Under the pieces are notes generated by a model. That model searched no databases, was not told the DNA's origin, and saw only the letters and a program-made list of their open reading frames with translations. A program made the translations under genes and the position numbers. 36,696 nucleotides of DNA, taken from positions 1 through 36,696 of IMG/VR virus record IMGVR_UViG_3300037608_000072; one strand, written 5' to 3'. This DNA is from a virus (lineage: Duplodnaviria > Caudoviricetes). Each line of letters starts with the position of its first letter. Within the stretch, counting starts at the first letter, position 1. Below, in pieces: positions 9,801 to 18,208 of this stretch.

Positions 9801-11741
9801 CTACGTTCTTTTCCCTACGTTCGCGTTCACCCTGTTTAATCGTACCCTTAAGCCTTCATAACCAAGCTCAAGCGACGGTTGCAGTATGATCGTCTGGTTG
9901 TTTCCGCCGATCATTTCTTTCAGTTTTGATAGGGGGGCGATAATTTCGGGGTTGGTTGATGCTCCCGGGTATTCGCCCATCAGCCCCAATGTTGGACCCG
10001 AAACTATACCACCAGCAGCAAAAGCAGGGATTGAAGCAAAAGCACCCATAACACCGGCAACTCCAGCGGCAATATATGCAGGAAGTGTAAATATTGCAGC
10101 GGCCCCGGTAAACGTTGAAGCAAGTGACGCTCCAGTGATTGCCGCTGCAAGTGCCTGAGCCAGAAACATTGAGATTAGCTTGATGGCCGTTTCTGCCAGT
10201 CCACCTACAAAACCTTCGAGCCCATCTTCTGCTAACCCCATTCCGGCAACTACGCTTTGTCCGATCTGGTCAAATCCACCCGCAAATGAAGTAGCCAGCG
10301 TTTGAGTCATTTCTTCGGTTGCGGCCATTTCAGCCCTCATGTCTTCCTGAGCCGCTGTAAAAACAGGCATACCTTTAAGGAGGCTGTCAACGTTCAGGGT
10401 AGCCTTTGTGTCGAAAGCTTTTCCGCTGCCTTCTACGTTGAGTTTTCCGGTTACCCTCGCGGTTGGCAATGCGCCAAACGAATCGGTACGGAAACTTATC
10501 GGGTCGGAGGCAATGGAGGCAATAACGGCTTTCTGCCTTTCGAGCGCCGTGATTTTTTCGCCAATTATTGCAATCGACTCGATGTCGGTCGCGTTGGTCA
10601 TTAAAAACTTTTCGTTGAGTTTTGTAATTTCTTCGCCCAGGGCGCCAATTGTACCGGCCTGGTATTTTGAAGCTTCAGCAACGGCAGTAATGCCTTTTAT
10701 TTGCGCCTCTACCAGTGCAATTTTTTGTTTCTGAGTTGCAATTGCAACCTTGTCGGTCGCATCAATCAAGTCCAGCCCCTCTTTTAGCGTGTTAAGTTTC
10801 GTTTTCAAGCCTTCCAGCTTGCCGCCATAGGTCACCGTTGCAGTTCCGGCAGTGACAGTGCCAGCCCTTGCTTGTTTTATTGCTCTGTCGTAATCGTCAA
10901 TTGCTTTCGCTCCTGCAATATGCTGTTCTGTAAGCCTTCGTTCTTTTTGTGCCAAATATTGAACCTGCCCGGCAAGGTCAAACAAGTCTATTGCATACTT
11001 AAACTTTTCCCAGTTACTTATATGCTTGCCAAAAAGAACGGTTAGCTCATCGTCGAGCGCGCTAATTTCTTTTCCAATAAACTCATTAAAGCCAACATTT
11101 TCGGCAATCGAAAGCTTGAAATTTTCCCAATCGGCAACTATATTTTGTATTTTGATTGCATTTGTATCAAGGATATCGCCCGTTTTCTTAAACGAATCCT
11201 GGGCGATCAGCCCAACGGCCCTTGTAATGTCGCCAACACTCGCAGTTTCAAGGGCGACCCCGTTTAATTTTTCTTTAAGTTGAATCGCCGAAATTCCAAG
11301 GTTGTCGAGAATCAGCGGGCTCTTGCGACCGATACCCATCACGATCGAATCAACCAAATAATCAACCGACTGACCAGTATCCTGTGCCCTTTTTGCCGCA
11401 AACGCAAATAGTCCTCCAAGCTCTTGCACGGGTATTCCTAAATTCTTTGCAGACACGGCCCGCTTCATCAGGTCAAGGTCGCCAACCGTGCCGCGCACCG
11501 ACTTCCTCATGTTGTCTAAATCGCCGGTAGTACCAATTTTATCAAACGCCGACCGCACACCTTCAGCCACACCTGACAAATTGATCAACTCTTTTGCAAA
11601 ACCTATAACTTCAGATGCACCAAAAGCAAGCCCGGCAGCCGCAGCAATTCCCTTCAAATTACTGGTTAAGCCGCCAATATCTTTTTGTATTTTGGAGGTA
11701 TTTCCCTGAAAATCGAGTATGTATTTAAAAATCTTTGCCAT
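9801..11741 (-). CDS. Tail tape measure protein
   Basis: Ala/Gly-rich and helical, with GIGRKSPLILDNLGI and C-terminal FAAGGIVSGPTLGLMGE...PEIIAPL. Probable start MAKIFKY at 11741; the upstream extension is repeat-derived. Confidence 0.88.
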   Translation of the reverse strand: MAKIFKYILDFQGNTSKIQKDIGGLTSNLKGIAAAAGLAFGASEVIGFAKELINLSGVAEGVRSAFDKIGTTGDLDNMRKSVRGTVGDLDLMKRAVSAKNLGIPVQELGGLFAFAAKRAQDTGQSVDYLVDSIVMGIGRKSPLILDNLGISAIQLKEKLNGVALETASVGDITRAVGLIAQDSFKKTGDILDTNAIKIQNIVADWENFKLSIAENVGFNEFIGKEISALDDELTVLFGKHISNWEKFKYAIDLFDLAGQVQYLAQKERRLTEQHIAGAKAIDDYDRAIKQARAGTVTAGTATVTYGGKLEGLKTKLNTLKEGLDLIDATDKVAIATQKQKIALVEAQIKGITAVAEASKYQAGTIGALGEEITKLNEKFLMTNATDIESIAIIGEKITALERQKAVIASIASDPISFRTDSFGALPTARVTGKLNVEGSGKAFDTKATLNVDSLLKGMPVFTAAQEDMRAEMAATEEMTQTLATSFAGGFDQIGQSVVAGMGLAEDGLEGFVGGLAETAIKLISMFLAQALAAAITGASLASTFTGAAAIFTLPAYIAAGVAGVMGAFASIPAFAAGGIVSGPTLGLMGEYPGASTNPEIIAPLSKLKEMIGGNNQTIILQPSLELGYEGLRVRLNRVNANVGKRT

Positions 11742-11750
11742 ATAAGGAAG

Positions 11751-11872
11751 CCCCCTCCAAACCTCTCCGCCAGCTGGCGGAAGGCTTAAAAATCGTTTCA
11801 ATTGTTTATATTTTCATTACTCTCGTTCGGTGCGTTCTTATCACCCCTCCTTCGGAGGGGCAGGGGGGAGGC
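11751..11872. repeat. C/G-rich palindromic repeat family (CCCCTCC...GGAGGGG); other copies near 20383, 20491, 23382, 23480, 23955, 24045, 26135, 27040, 27138
   Basis: 11836-11872 is an exact 37-bp inverted copy of 23382-23418. Other copies share the arms but have variable hairpins. Confidence 0.85.
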
Positions 11873-12209
11873 TTTTTTCTCCCCATTTTTCAGCCAATGC
11901 CCTGAATCTTGCTTCGTCTTTTACCGGTTTCCCTTTTCCGGTCTTCGGTTTCCGCAGCTCCTTGTCTCCGGGCAGCTCAATCAAGTCAAAAACGCTTATC
12001 TTTTTTTTATCCGGAGGGCACAGTGTGCGGAATACCTGCCAGCGCGCCACTTGCCAGGCTACATTTTCAGCATGTTCCCGGTCGCTTTTTATTTTCTCCA
12101 GGTAAAGTTCGTAAGCCCGCTGAAATTGAGATGGGGTGAGACCAAGATAAGTATCAAGGCTCATCCCCATTACTCCGAGAGCCACCCCAATTTCATCATC
12201 AAGTATCAT
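11841..12209 (-). CDS. Tail assembly chaperone, second ORF (gpT-like)
   Basis: Lies immediately before the tape measure gene and has a GMSLDTYLGLTPSQF motif. Probable start MILDDE. Confidence 0.65.
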   Translation of the reverse strand: MILDDEIGVALGVMGMSLDTYLGLTPSQFQRAYELYLEKIKSDREHAENVAWQVARWQVFRTLCPPDKKKISVFDLIELPGDKELRKPKTGKGKPVKDEARFRALAEKWGEKSLPPAPPKEG

Positions 12210-12214
12210 TTTAT

Positions 12215-12335
12215 TATTTACTATTTTATTATTTACCATTTACAATTTACGGGCGAATTTACGGGCGAAGCCAAATCGTAAATTGTAAATAGTCTAATTG
12301 TCAATCAATCGTTAATCTTCAATCGTTAATCGTTC
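12215..12335. repeat. Heptamer tandem/inverted array (TTTACAA/TTGTAAA type around GGGCGAAGCC); similar arrays near 12620, 17486-17564, 22900, 26500-26565, 27815
   Basis: Seven-base periodicity is directly visible. 12232-12293 and 26502-26564 share the same architecture. Confidence 0.75.
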
Positions 12336-12605
12336 GCGCTCTTCTTTCAGCCTCATAAATACATTAATCACGTCCGGTTCCGAATCGTCGATAAACTGTT
12401 CAAAACTGTCCTGAATAGGTGTTCCTGCGCGTTTGGCACAGTCGCGAAGGTTGAAAAATATCAGGGCTAACATTGCCCCTGTTTTGCCCTTTAAAATATC
12501 TTCGGTAGTAAACCCGGCATTCTCAAAATCAAATTGACCGCGGTTGGTTTTGTAAAAAGGATAGGTCGATCCTTTGTAAACGATTGTTGTTTGTGGCTCT
12601 GACAT
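12312..12605 (-). CDS. Tail assembly chaperone (gpG-like)
   Basis: 97 aa ORF between the tail tube and tape measure genes. Confidence 0.65.
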   Translation of the reverse strand: MSEPQTTIVYKGSTYPFYKTNRGQFDFENAGFTTEDILKGKTGAMLALIFFNLRDCAKRAGTPIQDSFEQFIDDSEPDVINVFMRLKEERERLTIED

Positions 12606-12656
12606 GGTGATAAATTTTTAATGATGAATGATGAATGATTGTTGATGCGCGTGGTG

Positions 12657-12684
12657 GTAGAGACGCGCTATAGCGCGTCTCTAC
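12657..12684. repeat. GTAG-family REP-like 28-bp palindrome; other copies 14892-14919, 21710-21737, 29495-29522, variant 9773-9800
   Basis: GTAGAGACGCGCTATAGCGCGTCTCTAC and GTAGAGACGTTGCATGCAACGTCTCTAC are perfect palindromes with shared arms. Confidence 0.85.
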
Positions 12685-12696
12685 GGTTGCGCGTTA

Positions 12697-13176
12697 CTAA
12701 ATTGCTACTGTTTTAATTTCAGGCAATCCCGAATTTTCAAACGTTGCGCTCATGGTCGAATCGGCGTCAGTCGGATCGGTACGCTCCAGGGAAGTAATCA
12801 GGAATTTACCTTGTTCGTACTTATCGCCTATCTGTTCTGAAACTTCGGCCTTTCCTGCCGTGACATCAGCCGCCAGGCGGCCTGAATATTTCAGCATCAC
12901 CTCAGCGCCTGCCAGTTGGAGGGTGCGAAGGTCGAAATAGTTGTGAGTGCCATAAGTGGCCAATGCAGAAATGTTAATTGTAGTTGATTGCTCGCCTGCC
13001 TTTTTCTGACTTGACTTGCCGGTGTCTTTTGTTTTTCGGGTGCGCAATTCAGTACTGTGACTGATTTTGTGCTCCGTGGCGTGAGCAGTGGGTGTCCAAA
13101 CCGGCACAGCCTCCGTTCCGGTATTCACATACACCATAATGTCGCCACCACTAATAATACCTGTGTTTTCTGCCAT
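12697..13176 (-). CDS. Major tail tube protein
   Basis: 159 aa with ISGGDIMVYV...AHATEHKIS...TKD and GKFLITSLER...TMSATFENSG, resembling TP901-1-like tube proteins. Confidence 0.8.
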   Translation of the reverse strand: MAENTGIISGGDIMVYVNTGTEAVPVWTPTAHATEHKISHSTELRTRKTKDTGKSSQKKAGEQSTTINISALATYGTHNYFDLRTLQLAGAEVMLKYSGRLAADVTAGKAEVSEQIGDKYEQGKFLITSLERTDPTDADSTMSATFENSGLPEIKTVAI

Positions 13177-13235
13177 TTTTTTTTGTTTTAAATGTTATTT
13201 AATGATCGTTTAAATTCTTCATTTTAATAATTAAT

Positions 13236-13281
13236 AACTTTCCCAAAGTTTGTCCAAGCCTGAAAAAACTTTGGAAAAGTT
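13236..13281. repeat. AACTTTCCCAAAGTT...AACTTTGGGAAAGTT double-palindrome repeat; other copies 22854-22899 and 29588-29632
   Basis: Three near-identical 45-46 bp copies, each in a spacer downstream of a gene. Confidence 0.85.
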
Positions 13282-13293
13282 GTTCACAAGTTG

Positions 13294-13779
13294 TTATTTT
13301 AATATTCTATTTTTCCATTTAAATACCGTATAAATCACATATAATATAATTATCAGGAAAAACAATCGCCCGGCGTTCATCTGGAATTTTTGCCATTTTG
13401 TTAATCGATTTATTTCAATTGGGATTTCGACACGGATGGGAATTTCTTTGTAAATGATTGAATCCTTTGCCGGAAGATAAACAGTGTCGTGAATTGTTTT
13501 TGCCTTATATTTTAATAATCCTGAATCAAAAGAAAACAGGCTTTGAATGCGTTTGCTTTTTTCTTCGCTTAGTTCTTTCAGTATAACCTGTTTGGTTGAG
13601 TCGCATTCGAGCAATGCGAAAACATTGGCGCTGTCAGCCGGTAATTCAACCGGGACCAGTCGTTCAACAATGCGCTCTTTGTACTGCACCGGCACTTCAA
13701 TGATAGCTGGCCGGGTAGTTTTACAACTTACCAGGGCAAGCAATAAAAACGCTATGAGTGTTAATATTTTAAATTTCAT
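13294..13779 (-). CDS. Putative unimolecular spanin
   Basis: Lipoprotein signal MKFKILTLIAFLLLALVS-C plus a C-terminal TM helix, in the lysis cassette. Confidence 0.7.
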   Translation of the reverse strand: MKFKILTLIAFLLLALVSCKTTRPAIIEVPVQYKERIVERLVPVELPADSANVFALLECDSTKQVILKELSEEKSKRIQSLFSFDSGLLKYKAKTIHDTVYLPAKDSIIYKEIPIRVEIPIEINRLTKWQKFQMNAGRLFFLIIILYVIYTVFKWKNRILK

Positions 13780-14005
13780 TTTTTTGATTATTAATGATTT
13801 CAGTTTTATCAGCCGATCCCTTTGAACTTCCGAAGAAATACGACACCACATCAGAAAACTTTGCCACCAAAGCCCCAACTACAAGCAATCCAATATCTTT
13901 ATTCTTTTCAGGCATTTCAGTACGGAAAACAACCAACAGGACCAGAAAAAAACCGATCACTATCAAGGCTCCCAGCGCGTACATGTATATTTCCTTTGTT
14001 TTCAT
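13769..14005 (-). CDS. Holin-like membrane protein
   Basis: Two TM segments and a YFFGSSKGS motif, next to the endolysin. Confidence 0.7.
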   Translation of the reverse strand: MKTKEIYMYALGALIVIGFFLVLLVVFRTEMPEKNKDIGLLVVGALVAKFSDVVSYFFGSSKGSADKTEIINNQKNEI

Positions 14006-14014
14006 TAAGCCAAA

Positions 14015-14617
14015 CTAAACCCTGTTCACCCATCCATAAAAAAACGCTTCCTGAGTCTGGTTTGCCTCGCAGATGCTTATATACTTATTAAACTGCAAGG
14101 CATTCATCACCTTAAGCAGTGTCCGCGTATTTCTGGCGGTTGACCTTCCGGGAAAATGAGCGGTAAGCATGTAAGCCAAATAAGCTCTCATGGTTGCCGG
14201 GCCTGTTTTTCCATCTTCGTTAATGTCGCTGTAATGCGATTGATCGTTATTCAAGAGGTTTAGCGACTTTTGCAGGTAACTCACTGCTTTAACCAATCCC
14301 TGGTTAACGGCAGTATCAAAAATCTCGGAAGCGATGTCCTGGTCTTTTATTTGATCAAGGAGTAATTTGTCCCAGAACTCCGCTTTGTAGAATGCCCGAA
14401 CCAATTCCTCGAGCTCTTCATCGTCCCTCAGAATGTGCGAAAGGTCGCTGGTGATTACCGATCGTTTGATCATGTCAACGATTAGCCAGCCGTCCCACTC
14501 CGGGTGCATTTTGCGTGCAACGCCTTTCCATGTCTCGCCGCCACGGTCACGCTGATCGTTCGAATATTGCCCCTCGTGGCCCATTGTTTGCAGGTATGCT
14601 GTAAAAAAGTCGCTCAT
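14015..14617 (-). CDS. Endolysin, glycoside hydrolase family 108 with peptidoglycan-binding C-terminus
   Basis: HEGQYSND.RDRGGET.KG, FDTAVNQG, DGKTGPAT and FFYGWVNRV. Confidence 0.88.
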   Translation of the reverse strand: MSDFFTAYLQTMGHEGQYSNDQRDRGGETWKGVARKMHPEWDGWLIVDMIKRSVITSDLSHILRDDEELEELVRAFYKAEFWDKLLLDQIKDQDIASEIFDTAVNQGLVKAVSYLQKSLNLLNNDQSHYSDINEDGKTGPATMRAYLAYMLTAHFPGRSTARNTRTLLKVMNALQFNKYISICEANQTQEAFFYGWVNRV

Positions 14618-14627
14618 CTTTTTTTAT

Positions 14628-14867
14628 TTAAAAAATAAGATCGTCATCAGGGCTATTCCGGGTATTCATTGCTTCCCTTATTTTCGATATGAAAACATTC
14701 TTCCGCTTTGTGACACTGCGAAGAACCATCGTTGCAAGCCATTTTCCGAGGTATGCCATTGCACCGCCCATGAATGCGACGAACAACGAAAGCAATATGT
14801 CTGTCCAGGCCTCCCAGCTCAAAAAACCTAAAATTATGCCGGTTATGGGTTCTAAAAATCGTTTCAT
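14628..14867 (-). CDS. Small membrane protein (holin/antiholin candidate)
   Basis: Hydrophobic N-terminal half and basic tail. Probable start MKRFLEP, after a REP. Confidence 0.55.
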   Translation of the reverse strand: MKRFLEPITGIILGFLSWEAWTDILLSLFVAFMGGAMAYLGKWLATMVLRSVTKRKNVFISKIREAMNTRNSPDDDLIF

Positions 14868-14976
14868 CGCGGGTTGTTTGTGTGTTTGATCGTAGAGACG
14901 TTGCATGCAACGTCTCTACAAAACCAAAACACCAATTGAAAATATCAGAAATGCAAAAAAAAAGGTTTCCTGATTC

Positions 14977-15009
14977 ATTCATCCGATGAACCGAAGTCAT
15001 CGGATGAAT
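14977..15009. terminator. 13-bp stem-loop just after the capsid gene
   Basis: ATTCATCCGATGA-N7-TCATCGGATGAAT. Confidence 0.5.
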
Positions 15010-15013
15010 ATGA

Positions 15014-15961
15014 CTATGCGTTTTCCTCAAGAAGGGCAATTACACCCTTTTGGTCGTAACGTGCCTGAGTAGCGCCGAAGCGTGTCCAGGTTTCGATGAT
15101 TGTAGCGCCCATGTAACCCGGCGCGTTTGGTGTGATCACTGTTCTGAGCGCACCTTCGGCTGTCGCAGTCATCTTATCGTGCCAGAAAAGGTTGGCAGGG
15201 GCGTCGTTTGTTAAAACGGGCGCGTCGATAGCGTTTTTGGCATAAGCAGCCGAATAAACCAAGCCAATGTGTTGCTCTTCGGTAGCGCGGGTCATGATGT
15301 TAATGCCCATGATCATTCCCAGGATGCCCTGAGCAAGCTTACTTTCCTTCCCGGTTTTGTCGTAATCGGTAAATTCTGCAAGCGCCAGCAAATCGCTGTA
15401 AAAGTCGGCAGTAACCAAGCCCCATAACGAGCCTTGAATTCCGCTCAGGTTCATGCGCATTAAAAGGTTGTGCACCTTTATCATGTCCGCCTTGGTAGTA
15501 GCCTTACGGTTAGCAATTGCCGATCCGGAGGCAGTGATCACCACGTTAGAGGCACGCGAAGCTCCCGAGGTTTTCAGGATGTTGGTGGCAACAGTTGGCC
15601 CCCAGTTTACGGCTGCAATGTTGGCAACGCGTGTATTGATTTCGCCGGCCTGCTGCACCTGTTTTGATGCGCGTTTGTTGTAATTCAAAGCGAATTCGTC
15701 AGGAAGGTCAACCGCAATCGGATCGGCGTAAACCAATACGGTTGAATAGCTGTCTTTTTCGTCGCGGGCGGTCCTTACCTGAAGCGGCAAGGTGGGCGTT
15801 CCCGATTTTGCTTTTCCGATCGCACCCTGATAAGGCCTTTCAACCGTTTCAGTCGTGTCGGCGATCCCGGTTTCCGGAATTGAATGCTTGTAAAAGCTGT
15901 TGTCCGGGAAAATTTGCGTTTGTAACTCTTTCGAGTACTTAATAGGGCTAATTTCTGCCAT
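15014..15961 (-). CDS. Major capsid protein
   Basis: 315 aa, downstream of the protease, with an HK97-like pattern (LVTADFYSDLL, GILGMIMGINI, terminal G...R.D.KGV). Confidence 0.8.
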   Translation of the reverse strand: MAEISPIKYSKELQTQIFPDNSFYKHSIPETGIADTTETVERPYQGAIGKAKSGTPTLPLQVRTARDEKDSYSTVLVYADPIAVDLPDEFALNYNKRASKQVQQAGEINTRVANIAAVNWGPTVATNILKTSGASRASNVVITASGSAIANRKATTKADMIKVHNLLMRMNLSGIQGSLWGLVTADFYSDLLALAEFTDYDKTGKESKLAQGILGMIMGINIMTRATEEQHIGLVYSAAYAKNAIDAPVLTNDAPANLFWHDKMTATAEGALRTVITPNAPGYMGATIIETWTRFGATQARYDQKGVIALLEENA

Positions 15962-15980
15962 TTTATTTGTTTTTTAACTG

Positions 15981-16325
15981 TTAGTCAATTTGGACAGGAG
16001 TACCGGCTTCAACGAAATCAGTGCCGTCGTAGATGAATTCTACACATTTGGTTTTACCAGCTGCACCTGTTACGGTTGCGCCTTTCATGGCAGTTCCAAA
16101 AATGGTGGTTTCAGTACCTCCGGTTTTGCTCTGAACGAACAAACGGGCGCCTGCGTTAACCGAATTGGCTTCAACGGTCAGGTTAAGGGTACGGTTTCCG
16201 GTAGCTGCAACGGTAACACCGTCAACAAGGGTCATGTCGTTTGCGACTGCAATTGCCTGTGCACCAGTCGCGGTTAAGGCGACAACAGTTGCGGGGCCAA
16301 AAGGCCATTTAATAATTTGTGCCAT
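15981..16325 (-). CDS. Head decoration/cement-like protein
   Basis: Small Ala/Thr/Gly-rich beta protein between the protease and capsid genes. Confidence 0.5.
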   Translation of the reverse strand: MAQIIKWPFGPATVVALTATGAQAIAVANDMTLVDGVTVAATGNRTLNLTVEANSVNAGARLFVQSKTGGTETTIFGTAMKGATVTGAAGKTKCVEFIYDGTDFVEAGTPVQID

Positions 16326-16347
16326 ATCTTTTCAGATTTTTAAAAGA

Positions 16348-17475
16348 TTATTGATACTTAGCCGTATCAGCCGCCTGCAATTTGGCGAACTTTTCGGGCT
16401 CCATTTGTTCCATTTTTGCCAACGCTTTGGAATCGTTTTTTTCGTACCAGGCAAAATCTTTTTCATCAACAACGGCTGCTGAGCCTGTCGAAGCCTGTGC
16501 AATCAGAACACTCATCCGGGCTTGTTTACCCAATTCGGGTGTAGCCTTCGGAGCCGGAGCGGTTGATAACTGGTCGATACCTAGCAGATCGACAAACAAT
16601 TCCATATCAGCCTCGGCCAATTTGCGGAACTTTGCCTCATTGCCGGTTTCGCCGTCGGTTACTGCGCCTGTTTTTTTACCAATAGCAATCAGCGTATCAA
16701 CCAACTTTGCAGACGGTTTTTCGCTTTCTCCTACCTGTAAACCAACCATAGCCGCAACAACCTGGTCTTCGTTTGCATCCTCTGCGAGTTGCAATCCAAA
16801 ACCGTTGAGCCTTGCAATTACTTTTTTCATACTTAAAAAATTTGTGTTTTTTTCTAATTTTAATTTTGCCACTAACTTCATTGGTTCGAGCCCTGCCAAT
16901 TCCTTTTTGCGCCCGGTATCAATAATGCGGTCAACCAGTCCGTTTGCCTGTAAATCTTCAGGAGTAAACCACTTGTCAATCGGGGTGATGATCGTACGGG
17001 CCTCCTCGTCGGTTTTACCACGCTTTTTAATCAGGCGGAACAAAGTATCATTGCACATGTCTAAACCTTCCTGCTGTCTTGCCGATACTTTTTCCACACG
17101 TTTGCCTTTTTCGTCGATTAGGTAGGCCATGTGAAACATCGTTTTGGCATAGTCTTTTACTTCTACCTCGTCGCCGTTCATCAAAAGCATTGTTCCCATA
17201 CTGGCGCAAACACCGTCGTTAATCGTAACTATTTTGGCCGGAACATCGGCAAAAGCCGCTTTTATGCTCAGTCCGTGTGAAACCAAACCACCGTCGCAAT
17301 TAATGTGCACATTTACCTGGTCGTAGTTTTGACCCACCCAGCGCAATTCCCTGGCAAAATCGTTTCCATCAAAATACCTTCCGGTTTCTTCATCCTTGAT
17401 GCCGAGCAAATCATAAATGAACATATCAACGATGCTTTCTTTACGGTTCGATATTTTTGAAAATTTCAGTTCCAT
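16348..17475 (-). CDS. ClpP-like prohead protease with C-terminal scaffold
   Basis: HINCDGG, DGVCASMG, TMFH and GLVDRI motifs. Confidence 0.85.
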   Translation of the reverse strand: MELKFSKISNRKESIVDMFIYDLLGIKDEETGRYFDGNDFARELRWVGQNYDQVNVHINCDGGLVSHGLSIKAAFADVPAKIVTINDGVCASMGTMLLMNGDEVEVKDYAKTMFHMAYLIDEKGKRVEKVSARQQEGLDMCNDTLFRLIKKRGKTDEEARTIITPIDKWFTPEDLQANGLVDRIIDTGRKKELAGLEPMKLVAKLKLEKNTNFLSMKKVIARLNGFGLQLAEDANEDQVVAAMVGLQVGESEKPSAKLVDTLIAIGKKTGAVTDGETGNEAKFRKLAEADMELFVDLLGIDQLSTAPAPKATPELGKQARMSVLIAQASTGSAAVVDEKDFAWYEKNDSKALAKMEQMEPEKFAKLQAADTAKYQ

Positions 17476-17728
17476 GCTTTTTAAAGTTTCAGGTTTCAGG
17501 TTTCAGGTTTCAAGTTTGCATTGTGCCAATTTATTTGGAATTTGGAACTTGGAACTTTGAACTATTTTGTCATACCTTTGTGCTGTTCGACATTCCAAAA
17601 GTCAATCAATTTTTTTGATAAAATTACAAAGTGTCCAACAGTAAAACACTACTGTCCAACCGTTTTATACAATCCGGAATACCATCTTATTAATGCTGAT
17701 TTTTGACTGAAATAATCGTCAAAAAAAA
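17476..17728. promoter_or_regulatory. Divergent late control region
   Basis: Lies between divergent operons. TGTCCAAC direct repeats at 17632 and 17653 (21 bp apart) and TACCTTTG at 17573. Confidence 0.55.
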
Positions 17729-18208
17729 ATGGCACTAACCAGAAATACGGCTATTGATGTACTCTTCGCCGATGGGTGGGAGCAAAAAGATATTGCACGG
17801 ACATTGAAAATTTCGGAGAAAACAGTGTCGCTGTATGTGACGAAAAACGGACTGCGCAAAAGCCGCACAATGCAATCGCTGGCCCGTAAAACTTCCGAAG
17901 AAAATGCTTTGATTGCACTCGAACATCAAACTACCATTATTCGATTAATTGCCGAAAAACTGCGCAACGCACTGGATGAAAATCCGAGCATGGAAGATTT
18001 AAAAGCTGCTTTGATACCGAAGGGCGAAATAGATGCTGTGCAAAAACTTTTTACAACCATTAAAGGTAAAGAGCTTGAATGGTCGGCAGTGGTTAAAATA
18101 ATCCGTGAATTTACCGCCTGGCTAAAGGAGGTTGACATGGCCATTGCCCAGAACGTGGTTGATCATGCCGATGACTATATCAACGAAAAGCGGAGGGTAA
18201 TGTCATGA
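17729..18208 (+). CDS. Terminase small subunit (N-terminal HTH)
   Basis: QKDIARTLKISEKTVSLY HTH; overlaps the large terminase start. Confidence 0.7.
   Translation: MALTRNTAIDVLFADGWEQKDIARTLKISEKTVSLYVTKNGLRKSRTMQSLARKTSEENALIALEHQTTIIRLIAEKLRNALDENPSMEDLKAALIPKGEIDAVQKLFTTIKGKELEWSAVVKIIREFTAWLKEVDMAIAQNVVDHADDYINEKRRVMS

Noticed and set aside
16382-17125. Long antisense ORFs (also 4979..5626, 20190..20819, 20850..21485, 23529..23963, 33271..33879)
   Set aside because: They are shadows of well-supported genes on the opposite strand and have no recognisable motifs.
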